DNA of 23,631 nucleotides from Candidatus Caldarchaeum sp. Its GTDB lineage: Archaea > Thermoproteota > Nitrososphaeria_A > Caldarchaeales > Caldarchaeaceae. Positions within the stretch are counted from its first letter, which is position 1; every line of letters starts with the position of its first letter. Shown here piece by piece: positions 15,571-23,631 of the stretch. The position numbers and the translations under genes are program-made. Below the pieces are notes generated by a model. The model was not told the DNA's origin, did not search any database, and was given only the letters and a program-made list of their open reading frames with translations. Where the stretch lies: the NCBI GenBank assembly GCA_038831915.1, contig JAWBKB010000021.1:1-23631 (forward strand), given 5' to 3'.

Positions 15571-16902
15571 TTGGTTTCCGGAATTATTTCGTCGGAAGAG
15601 ATGAACGTAGTGGATGAAAATTGCGAATATTTGGGAGTTCGGCGTTTGATGATGATGGAAAATGCAGGAGCGGCTGTGGCAAAACATGTCGCTTCCTTTT
15701 TCGACAACATCGAGAAGAGGCGGATTTTGGTTTTGTGCGGCTCTGGTAATAACGGCGGAGACGGTATGGTTGCTGCCCGCCATCTTGCCTGCATGGGAGC
15801 CGACGTAACTGTTCTGCTGCTGGCTGAACCGGGTAAAATCCGAAGCGAAGAAGCTAGAATAAACTACGAATCCGTCAAGAACATGAAGACATCGATTAAC
15901 TTTCGGGTCGTAGATACTGTTGAAAAACTCATGAACCATGCCGATGTTTTCGATGAAGCCGATGCGGTGGTAGACGCGATTCTAGGAACAGGTGCGAAAG
16001 GTGGTTTATCGGAGCTGTTTAAAACAGCCGTGAATTTCGCCAACAATTCAAAAGGTGTGAAAATCGCGGTTGACATACCTACCGGGCTAAACCCTGACAC
16101 GGGTGAAGGAGAGACATATTTTCAGCCTGAGCTGGTAGTTGCCCTTCACAGACCTAAGCCGGTGCATGAAAAGATAAAGGAAAAAACAGTCGTGGAGAAA
16201 ATCGGCATTCCAACAGAAACGGAGCTGCTCGCCGGGCCTGGCCAGCTTAAGCTTTTGCTAAGAAAAGTTGGTGTTGCAAAGGTTTTGTCGGGGAGGTTGG
16301 CCTACGTTTTCGGGGAATCAGGGCCTGACGAGAAGGTGCGGGATCTTCTCACATCTCTCAAAGGTTTCACGGTTTTTTGCAACATCAACATGCTTGTTGA
16401 AAATCCTGAGGTACGCTATTCTTTCTCAAGCTCCCGCGCTGTCCTTGTTTCAGGCGACGTAAACCCGTCTTCCATCAAGCCGTTCCTCCCAAGAAGCCAG
16501 CCCGTCGTGTTGACGACACCTTCGGCCTCGATGGTCAACCCTATTTACGTTCTTTGGAGCGACAAACCCCTGTTGGAAAGCTTCCGAACAAACCACCAGT
16601 CATACATCAAAGATGTTGATGAGTTGTGTAGAAAGCTTGCTGCGCCGGTCTATGTCGTCGGCGAAATCGACATCATGTCAAATGGTGTCAAAACCTGGTG
16701 CAATTGGTTGGGAAAACCTGTGAAACAATCCTATTTCGGATATGTTGCAGCTCTCGTGGCTTGGTTTGTTGCTTCTGGTGCTGACGCGATTCTTTCGATG
16801 GCGTCGACGAGCTACTTAATTCGCTACGCTGACGCCTACCAGCTTGAAAGCCCTTCAACTCTGGGGGAATTTGTTCTCAAAACTATAGAGAAGCTGGCCT
16901 GA
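15571..16902 (+). CDS. nnrE: NAD(P)H-hydrate epimerase (YjeF-N) fused to a degenerate YjeF-C/NnrD-like domain
   Basis: MMENAG, CGSGNNGGDG, VDAILGTG and AVDIPTG motifs. The C-terminal half lacks the DAD, TPH and GGTGD motifs. Confidence 0.85.
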   Translation: MVSGIISSEEMNVVDENCEYLGVRRLMMMENAGAAVAKHVASFFDNIEKRRILVLCGSGNNGGDGMVAARHLACMGADVTVLLLAEPGKIRSEEARINYESVKNMKTSINFRVVDTVEKLMNHADVFDEADAVVDAILGTGAKGGLSELFKTAVNFANNSKGVKIAVDIPTGLNPDTGEGETYFQPELVVALHRPKPVHEKIKEKTVVEKIGIPTETELLAGPGQLKLLLRKVGVAKVLSGRLAYVFGESGPDEKVRDLLTSLKGFTVFCNINMLVENPEVRYSFSSSRAVLVSGDVNPSSIKPFLPRSQPVVLTTPSASMVNPIYVLWSDKPLLESFRTNHQSYIKDVDELCRKLAAPVYVVGEIDIMSNGVKTWCNWLGKPVKQSYFGYVAALVAWFVASGADAILSMASTSYLIRYADAYQLESPSTLGEFVLKTIEKLA

Positions 16903-18166
16903 GAACGGTTAACCCGTGAAGGTAAGGCTGAAGCACTTTAGGAATTTCAACCGAGCCATCCCTCCGCTGATGATTTTCCAAGATCGCCACGATGGTTCTT
17001 TCCGTCGCTATCGCCGTGCTGTTCAAAGTATGGACATAATCTGTTTCTTCGACATGGGGGGCCTCCCTGTATCTGATGTTTAATCCGACTGCTTGGTAGT
17101 CTGTGCAGTTGCTGCACGAAACGAGTTCACGGTATTTTCCCTGGGCGGGCATCCAAACTTCCAAGTCGTATTTTTTCGCAGCCACAGGCCCCAGCTCGCC
17201 CACGCAAATGTTCACTACTCTGTAGGGCAGTTCAAGGTTTCGGTAAATTTCCTCCGCATTAGATATCAGAAATTCATGTTCAGCCCATGAGTCGGATGGC
17301 TTGGTGAAGCTGAACTGCTCAATCTTTTCGAACTGATGAACCCTGAAAATCCCCTTAGTGTCCTTGCCGTGAGCACCCGCTTCTTTTCTGAAGCATGGGC
17401 TGATGCCCGCGTATCTAAGTGGTAAGATTCTGCCGTCGAGTATTTCTCCTGCGTGAAGACCTGCAAGCGGATGTTCAGCCGTTCCGATAAGGTATAGGTC
17501 TTCGCCTTCGATTTTGTACAGCATGTCTTGAAAATCTTGGAAACTGACAACTCCTTCCATTATCCGTCTCGTCAGCATGTACGGTGGCTGAACGAGCTTG
17601 AAGCCTTTCCCCTTTAAAAATTCAAGGCCGTAGAAAGCTAGAGCCCAGTTAAGAAGAACGATGTCGCCTAAAAGATAATAGAACCTGGCGCCTGACACGG
17701 AAGCCGCTGTTTCAAAGTCCGCTAACCCTAGGGATAAAAGCAGGTCGACATGGTCGCGCATCCAATCCTCTTTCCTAGGCTCACCCCATTCCCTCACAAC
17801 CGCATTATCAGCTTCAGATTCTCCGTCCGGAACTGATTCGTGGGGAGGGTTGGGAGCTTTCATCAGTAAGGCTAGCAGCTTTTCGTCAACATTTTGAAGT
17901 TTTTTCTCGGTCTCCTCTATTTTCCGGTTGACTTCGAACATCTGCGCCAAAATTTCGTCCGCTTTTTCACCTCTTTTCTTCGCGACTGCAACCTTTTCCG
18001 CCACTGTGTTTCGAACATGCCGAAGCTGCTGAACTTCTTTAAGCAAAGCTCTTTTAGACAAGTCGAGCTCAAGGATTTCATCGATGATGAGTGGCGAAAG
18101 TTTTCTCTTTTCCATCCCGCGTCGGTAGAAGTTGGGATTCGTCCTCACTGCCTTGATGTTGAGCAT
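16883..18166 (-). CDS. serS: Seryl-tRNA synthetase (standard type)
   Basis: N-terminal coiled coil, GTAE, CFRKEAG..G.DT.GIFRVHQFEK, ELVSCSNCTDYQ and HTLNST motifs. Confidence 0.97.
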   Translation of the reverse strand: MLNIKAVRTNPNFYRRGMEKRKLSPLIIDEILELDLSKRALLKEVQQLRHVRNTVAEKVAVAKKRGEKADEILAQMFEVNRKIEETEKKLQNVDEKLLALLMKAPNPPHESVPDGESEADNAVVREWGEPRKEDWMRDHVDLLLSLGLADFETAASVSGARFYYLLGDIVLLNWALAFYGLEFLKGKGFKLVQPPYMLTRRIMEGVVSFQDFQDMLYKIEGEDLYLIGTAEHPLAGLHAGEILDGRILPLRYAGISPCFRKEAGAHGKDTKGIFRVHQFEKIEQFSFTKPSDSWAEHEFLISNAEEIYRNLELPYRVVNICVGELGPVAAKKYDLEVWMPAQGKYRELVSCSNCTDYQAVGLNIRYREAPHVEETDYVHTLNSTAIATERTIVAILENHQRRDGSVEIPKVLQPYLHGLTVLRPASL

Positions 18167-18187
18167 CGCTAAGTCGACGCACGGCTA

Positions 18188-18209
18188 GAATAAAAAGCCG
18201 TTTTTATTC
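18188..18209. repeat. Perfect 9-bp inverted repeat between the permease stop and the serS promoter
   Basis: GAATAAAAA-GCCG-TTTTTATTC. Confidence 0.6.
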
Positions 18210-19442
18210 GCGTCGTAGAGCTTCCACTGGTTCGAACCTTGACGCGCGGTATGCGGGTATCAAGCCTGCCAACGTCGATACCAGCACGGCGACGGATACG
18301 CCTGTCAAAATTAATTCTGGATTGATTACGGGCGTTATTCGCACCCTTTCCGGTGGCGGTCCCTGAGCGAAGGTCCCAGGCCTTGTTTCTTCTGGTGGGC
18401 CCGTAAATACCTCAGAAAGCGCGTAGGCTGCCGCGACACCAGTGGCGGTTCCTATGATACCGCCGATAAGCCCTATTATCACTGCTTCGGCAAGAAATGT
18501 AAACATGACGTCACGTGTTTTGAAGCCTAGGGCTTTGACCAATCCTATCTCCCTTATTCGCTCCGTCACGGAGGTGAACATCGTGGTCATGATGGCGAGG
18601 AAAGCCACTAGAAGGCTCATCGATGCAACTGTTGAGAAGAAGACGTTGAGGGTTCCGATTATTTGCTGAACGGTTTCTGCTATGGCGGTAATAGAGAAGG
18701 CTCTAATGTTTTCTCCATATCTTTGCTCCAAAGTGATGACAACTTGGTCGCTGACGCCAGGCTCTGTCAACCTTACGAACGCGCCGCTGAAGCTTTTGCG
18801 ATTTGTGAGTAGCCTGCCTGCTTCGAGAGAGACGAAAATCTGGTTGTCCGGGTTTAGAAATAGTGCTTGGCCGTAGCGGTCGAGGCGGGCGCTGACTGTG
18901 AAAGACCGCGTCGATCCTCCTCCTATGGTTGACACGGTGAATAGGGAGCTGACATCTATGGGCGGGATGTCGGGGTCTCGGGGATTCCAAGCTGAATAGC
19001 CTACGACGGCAAATGTCGGGTTGTCAACTATCTCTCCGGAGTTGACTCTGATGTTTGGAAACAGCTCGTCAAGGTTTTTCAAATCAACAGCAAGTATTGT
19101 GTAGGACCTTGTAGGGTCCATCGCGAAACTTTTTCCACGAGTTCTTATCTCGCCTGACGCTATTAGATAATATGGGTAGACTTTTTTGACGCCTTCAATT
19201 TGGCTTATCTGTGCGACTATCTTTTCGTCGAAGTTAAAGTCTCCGACGCGTTGGACGAGGACAAGGTCTGTGCCGAAAACTTCGAGGTTTGAAATAATTG
19301 TTTGAGTCAATCCCGCCGTAGTGGCGTTTAAAGCTGTGATGAGAGCCGGCCCAACGACTATTCCAAGGATGGTTAAAACTGTCCGAAGCCTCCTGTCTCT
19401 TAACGCGGACCAAGCGAACGTGACATATTCAGCCGGTTTCAT
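18204..19442 (-). CDS. MacB/FtsX/SalY-type ABC permease
   Basis: RLRTVLTILGIVVG, large extracytoplasmic loop, ERIREIGLVKALG and PAYRASRFEPVEALR motifs. Confidence 0.92.
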   Translation of the reverse strand: MKPAEYVTFAWSALRDRRLRTVLTILGIVVGPALITALNATTAGLTQTIISNLEVFGTDLVLVQRVGDFNFDEKIVAQISQIEGVKKVYPYYLIASGEIRTRGKSFAMDPTRSYTILAVDLKNLDELFPNIRVNSGEIVDNPTFAVVGYSAWNPRDPDIPPIDVSSLFTVSTIGGGSTRSFTVSARLDRYGQALFLNPDNQIFVSLEAGRLLTNRKSFSGAFVRLTEPGVSDQVVITLEQRYGENIRAFSITAIAETVQQIIGTLNVFFSTVASMSLLVAFLAIMTTMFTSVTERIREIGLVKALGFKTRDVMFTFLAEAVIIGLIGGIIGTATGVAAAYALSEVFTGPPEETRPGTFAQGPPPERVRITPVINPELILTGVSVAVLVSTLAGLIPAYRASRFEPVEALRRE

Positions 19443-21414
19443 GTCTCGCCCTTCTCCTCAATGCGACCAGTAGCACGACAAAAACTGCCACACCTACTAC
19501 GGCTATGATTGGCAAAGCGTCCGGGACAATTGATGAGGGCTGTGATAGTGTTGTGACCGTTGTGACCGGTTGTCTATTTTTCACTTCGTATTGAAGGACT
19601 CTTTGGATTTCGAAGGTTTCTCCGAAACCGTTTTTGTAAATCACTTTAACGATGACGGGATAGGTGCCAGGTGTGGCTGATTCGTCAACGCGGAAGTTGA
19701 GTGTGAAAGCGGAGACCTGCGACGGGTTGACGTTGCCGATGAAGGTGCTTTGCTCTCCGAAAGGCCTGAACGGGTTAGGCCCTGAAACCTCGACTGTTAC
19801 TGAACGCGCTAAGCCCGTTCCTTCATTAACCACGTCTCCAGCCAAATCAACGGTCTCTCCCGGCCTGACAACCCGAGGCGAGATTACAACGCCGCTCAGC
19901 CTAATGTCTATGTTCGCGTTTACGGCGAGTGCGATGTCAAAGTTTTCAACCACCAACAATCCCACAGCATCTCTATATTCAACAGACGCACGGAGGTTGA
20001 CCACGGTGTCTCCTGCTGCCGGAGTTGCTAGCACTTTGATGTTCGCTGTGGCCGACCCCATCGACGGAATAGATGAAACAATCAATTCTGTATCGCCTTC
20101 CGTAATCGCTACTTGAGAACTGGTCGACCTTATCGTGATCTTGACATCTCTGACCGCGGCAGGGTTAAAGTTGGTGAAGACGATTGATATGGGCTTAGTA
20201 GAGGCGGCGTCGATGAAGCTTGTCGAGGTTCGTACTGAAAACCCGGGTCTAAACTTTTCCTCAACGACAAAAGGCATATTAAAATCGGTTGACTTGACGT
20301 TTCCGTAGAAGTCTTTGTAGGTGATTCGGGAGAACAGTCCGTACATCGTCGGCTCGGCGGCGCGGTCGATGAATATCGGCACTTTGATAGTGGTTGACTG
20401 ACCGCGTTCTAATGTTCCGATTGTGTAGGAGGGCTGGAGAACCCTAACCACGGGGACGTCGCTTCGCACATTTAGCTCTACATTGTAAGCCGGTGCGGTT
20501 CCCTTGTTGTAAATTTTGTAGGTGATGATGGAGATTGTGTTGGCTCTGAAAGAGGCGATTTCGACGTCAAACCCTATCTCGGGATGTCCCGATACGTCGA
20601 CATAAACAGTCAAATTGGATTTTACAGGAGTTCCGTATTTGTTCCGAAAGACTATTTCCAACGGCAGCTGGTACCGGCCGAGCTGAACCTCGTCGGACAA
20701 AACAACGGGAAAACGGAGTCTGAACACTCCTCCAGCTGGCACTGCTTGAAGACTTGTAGCGGTTACATATCTTTCATCCGTTAAAGACCGGAATTCGCGG
20801 GGAAGACTGAGCTTTGCCTCTACGTTGCTGATGGCCGAGTCGAGAGGTGCTTCAAGATATACCTCTAGCACAGCTTGCCCCGTCGAAGGACCTACCGACG
20901 CCTGCATGTTGTCAACTATCCATTTCGACTCTACAATTCGAGGTGTGGGAGGCGGGCTGACAACAAGGTTTACGCTGAATAATTGAGTGGACTGGGGTAA
21001 AACATCGGATGTCGAGGTGCAGTCTCTATAGTAGACGCGTAGGTCAGCTTGGTAGGCACCGGGTTTTGCATTTTTGCTGACGTTTATTTTGAAAATGAGA
21101 GGTGTGGAGGTGCCGGGCTGTAAAACTCCTTGAAAGCTTGCCGAAATTGGTACTGAGCCGTCCCAACTAGTGAAGGGAAATGGTTCCCCGAGTTTTGGAC
21201 CGAGCTCCACAGTCAAACTACATGTTGGTTTGTTTCCGATGTTGCCGATGACAACTACGAGGTCTATTTTTTCATCTCCCGGAATGGCTTTTTCCGGGTT
21301 CATCAAAGACCCCCACACAACGTCAGTGACCTGAAGCCGAGAAGCGGACACATCGACGAACGACATCGAAAACATTACGAAGACAAGCAAAGCCAAGGCA
21401 ATCATCGTTTTCAT
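19429..21414 (-). CDS. COG1361-type S-layer-domain cell-surface protein
   Basis: Signal peptide from ATG 21414 (AGGTGA SD). Repeated Ig-like modules (N.G...A..V...PG.Y...Y). Thr/Ser linker, C-terminal TM helix and RRRAR tail. Confidence 0.82.
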   Translation of the reverse strand: MKTMIALALLVFVMFSMSFVDVSASRLQVTDVVWGSLMNPEKAIPGDEKIDLVVVIGNIGNKPTCSLTVELGPKLGEPFPFTSWDGSVPISASFQGVLQPGTSTPLIFKINVSKNAKPGAYQADLRVYYRDCTSTSDVLPQSTQLFSVNLVVSPPPTPRIVESKWIVDNMQASVGPSTGQAVLEVYLEAPLDSAISNVEAKLSLPREFRSLTDERYVTATSLQAVPAGGVFRLRFPVVLSDEVQLGRYQLPLEIVFRNKYGTPVKSNLTVYVDVSGHPEIGFDVEIASFRANTISIITYKIYNKGTAPAYNVELNVRSDVPVVRVLQPSYTIGTLERGQSTTIKVPIFIDRAAEPTMYGLFSRITYKDFYGNVKSTDFNMPFVVEEKFRPGFSVRTSTSFIDAASTKPISIVFTNFNPAAVRDVKITIRSTSSQVAITEGDTELIVSSIPSMGSATANIKVLATPAAGDTVVNLRASVEYRDAVGLLVVENFDIALAVNANIDIRLSGVVISPRVVRPGETVDLAGDVVNEGTGLARSVTVEVSGPNPFRPFGEQSTFIGNVNPSQVSAFTLNFRVDESATPGTYPVIVKVIYKNGFGETFEIQRVLQYEVKNRQPVTTVTTLSQPSSIVPDALPIIAVVGVAVFVVLLVALRRRARHETG

Positions 21415-21418
21415 TTTA

Positions 21419-22129
21419 TCACCTTGCAACAGCAAACACCTCCTCTTTCTCGATTTTTCCATCTCGGAGGTAGACAATCCGGTCTGTTTCACGTGCGACC
21501 TCCATGTTGTGAGTAACCACTATCACGGTGTTGCCTTTCCGAGCCAGCTGTTTTAGGATGTTTACGACAACAGCTCCCGACTTCGAATCGAGGTTCCCGG
21601 TTGGTTCATCAGCTAGAATGATGCCTGGCTCCGTCACCAAGGCCCTCGCGATGGCGACCCTCTGCTGCTCACCTCCGCTTAGCTGAGTCGGTTTTTTAAA
21701 GGCTTTGGAATCTAATCCGACTTCACGAAGCATGTTCAAGGCGAGCATTTTACGAGTCGGCTCTGGGATGTTTCTGAGGGTAAGAGGAAGCTCGACGTTT
21801 CTAAGCGCGGTAAGCCTGTTGATGAGGTTGTAGGACTGAAACACGAAGCCGATTTTTTTATTTCTGACTTCGGCTCTTTTGTTATCGTCGAGGTTGCTGA
21901 TGTCCACTCCGTCTATGATGACGCGGCCCTCGGTGGGCCGGTCCAAAGCTCCAAGCATGTTAAGCATGGTGGATTTCCCGCTTCCGCTGGGGCCGACTAT
22001 CGCCACAAATTCACCTCTGCGAACCTTCAAATTTACCCCGTCAAGTGCAACGGTTTGAATGCCGTTGTTCTTGTAAATTTTCCTAACATTCTCCAAAACA
22101 ACGACGTAGTCATCGGTCAAGGCCTTCAC
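21419..22129 (-). CDS. LolD/MacB/SalX-type ABC ATPase
   Basis: GPSGSGKST, IGFVFQSYNL, LSGGEQQRVAIARAL and ADEPTGNLD motifs. Confidence 0.95.
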   Translation of the reverse strand: MKALTDDYVVVLENVRKIYKNNGIQTVALDGVNLKVRRGEFVAIVGPSGSGKSTMLNMLGALDRPTEGRVIIDGVDISNLDDNKRAEVRNKKIGFVFQSYNLINRLTALRNVELPLTLRNIPEPTRKMLALNMLREVGLDSKAFKKPTQLSGGEQQRVAIARALVTEPGIILADEPTGNLDSKSGAVVVNILKQLARKGNTVIVVTHNMEVARETDRIVYLRDGKIEKEEVFAVAR

Positions 22130-23460
22130 CTTATCCGTATGTAGTCATAAGCACCGGTCGCGTTTTCAAAACAGTAATGCACTTTCCGATAGTTTTTCCT
22201 GAAAGACTCAACTTCTTCAGCGACCTTTGCAGGGTCTTTGCCTCTTACAACTATGTCGGCGATGAATTCAGCGATTTGTTTCATCTCGGATTCATTCATG
22301 CCAAGCCGCGTAACCTCTTGGGTGCCCATCCTTATCCCACTGGGCCTACGATAATCTGTTTTGAGCTTGTAGTCTTTTGGTATGAGGTTGCGGTTCAGGA
22401 TTATTCCAGCTCGTTCGAGTTTTTCTTCAGCCGTTCGGCCGTCCATGTATTTCGAAACATCCGCTACAATTGTATGTGACTCTGTAAATCCTCTTTTTTC
22501 GTAGAGAACTTCGACTCCTAATTCGTAGAGAGCTTCTGCGAGAACTTTTGCGTTGCGGATGATTTTCGCCGCGTAGTCTTTGTAGAATGCCAGGGCTTCG
22601 GCGAGCGCGATGGCAACACCGCCTACCGCGTGTAGATGATGGTTTGAAAGGAGGCCCGGGAATGCCACTTGTTTCAACCTTTCACTGTATCTTTCCCATG
22701 AAACCACCATGCCGTGCTGAGGCCCTGCGAGAGTTTTGTGAGTGCTCATCGTCATGCAGTCCGCCCCTTCCCGCAGCGGGTCTTGGAACCTGCCGCCGGC
22801 AATCAAGCCAGCGACGTGGGCGGCGTCGTAAACAACGTAAGCACCGTATTGGTCCGCGAGTTGTTTCACCTTTCTAACGGGATGAGGAAACAGAAACACG
22901 CTTGCGCCGAGCATGAAAAGCTTTGGCTTACGCCCCGTTTCCGCCTCGATTTTCCGAAGTCTTCTTGCAGTTGCATCAACGTCGATTTCAAACATTTCCT
23001 CGTCGAATTCGTATCGTTCAACTTCTAGACCTCGCACAACTCCAGCCGTTCCCCCCCACTTTTCTTTTCCGTGGCTGATATGACCACCATGTGGAATAGT
23101 TAACGCAACCATCATGTCTCCGGGACGTGCGAAAGCAGAATACGCGACTAGGTTGGCTACGACTCCCGAAATGGGTCTTACGTCGACGAATTCCGCGTTA
23201 AAAACTGCTTTTCCCAGCTCTATGGCGATGAGCTCGACTTCATCGATGTATTTGCAGCCCGCGTAAAGCCTGTCACCTGGCCATCCCTCGGCATAGCGGT
23301 GGCCGAAATCGCTGGCCAGCGCTTCTCTTACTGCTGGACTGACCACGTTTTCACTCGCTATCAGCGGAATCGATTTCCTCATCATGGCGTGATGTTTTTC
23401 AAGAAGCTCCAAAACCCTCCGATATTCCGCTTCAGCGTCGAGTAATTTAACTGAAGTCAT
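22126..23460 (-). CDS. glyA: Serine hydroxymethyltransferase (archaeal type)
   Basis: LIASEN, YAEG, HGGHISHG, YDAAH, STHKT (PLP lysine) and SGIRMGT motifs. Confidence 0.96.
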   Translation of the reverse strand: MTSVKLLDAEAEYRRVLELLEKHHAMMRKSIPLIASENVVSPAVREALASDFGHRYAEGWPGDRLYAGCKYIDEVELIAIELGKAVFNAEFVDVRPISGVVANLVAYSAFARPGDMMVALTIPHGGHISHGKEKWGGTAGVVRGLEVERYEFDEEMFEIDVDATARRLRKIEAETGRKPKLFMLGASVFLFPHPVRKVKQLADQYGAYVVYDAAHVAGLIAGGRFQDPLREGADCMTMSTHKTLAGPQHGMVVSWERYSERLKQVAFPGLLSNHHLHAVGGVAIALAEALAFYKDYAAKIIRNAKVLAEALYELGVEVLYEKRGFTESHTIVADVSKYMDGRTAEEKLERAGIILNRNLIPKDYKLKTDYRRPSGIRMGTQEVTRLGMNESEMKQIAEFIADIVVRGKDPAKVAEEVESFRKNYRKVHYCFENATGAYDYIRIR

Positions 23461-23511
23461 GTCTACCGTGTCTAAAGAGGGGCCCTATTTCAACGTATAA
23501 CCAGTTAAAGA

Positions 23512-23631
23512 GGTACTGTCAACTAGGTATTACGCCTCCTTCTCTTGTTTGGGTTCTGAGGAGTAGGTTATGTATTAGGGCTATTCCTGCTGTTATCTCC
23601 TCTATATTCTTTACTGTCTTGGAGTTTATGT
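23512..23631 (-). mobile_element. IS6-family element, right end only (second copy, inverted, truncated by the window end)
   Basis: Begins GGTACTGTCAACT. Reverse complement of 459-568 at 108/110 identity. Encodes the transposase C-terminus INSKTVKNIEEITAGIALIHNLLLRTQTREGGVIPS*. Confidence 0.92.

Noticed and set aside
2614-21492. Track start codons for ksgA (3468), trxB (5322), DP1 (8772) and COG1361 (21492)
   Set aside because: These extensions overlap neighbouring genes or promoters. Downstream starts fit motif position, SD sites and signal peptide better.
852-23028. Numerous antisense or overlapping ORFs in the track (for example 1501-2079, 5095-5367, 6218-6622, 15429-15794, 19664-20116)
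   Set aside because: They are shadows of well-supported genes or tRNAs on the other strand or frame and carry no recognisable motifs.
1-23631. CRISPR array, integrase/att duplication, tRNA introns, inteins
   Set aside because: I saw no regularly spaced repeats, integrase or duplicated tRNA 3' end. Both tRNAs are contiguous, and DP1 and the other proteins have normal lengths.

Overview
A very compact archaeal chromosomal segment. PolD, an archaeal tRNA-Ile2, Trm112, a COG1361 protein and TATA-driven, apparently leaderless genes suggest an Aigarchaeota/Caldarchaeales-like lineage (inference only). Two near-identical IS6-family copies in inverted orientation bracket it, both cut by the window edges. 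Housekeeping genes: trm112, ksgA, trxB, PolD small subunit, nnrE, serS, glyA, tRNA-His and tRNA-Ile2. It also holds a processive GT2 polysaccharide synthase, a macrodomain protein, a redox cluster (two Rieske ferredoxins, TrxB, a Zn-ribbon membrane protein and a 47-aa YHS protein missed by the ORF track), a five-gene liv-type ABC importer and a MacB/LolD-type ABC + COG1361 module. The least routine region is 8798-10432. It is a His-rich beta-propeller-like gene broken by two in-frame TGA codons at likely Trp positions, one frameshift and one TAA. A separate small gene follows that resembles the PolB2-associated arCOG07300 family and ends in a PIP-box-like motif, lying near PolD DP1 with no polB2 in the window.
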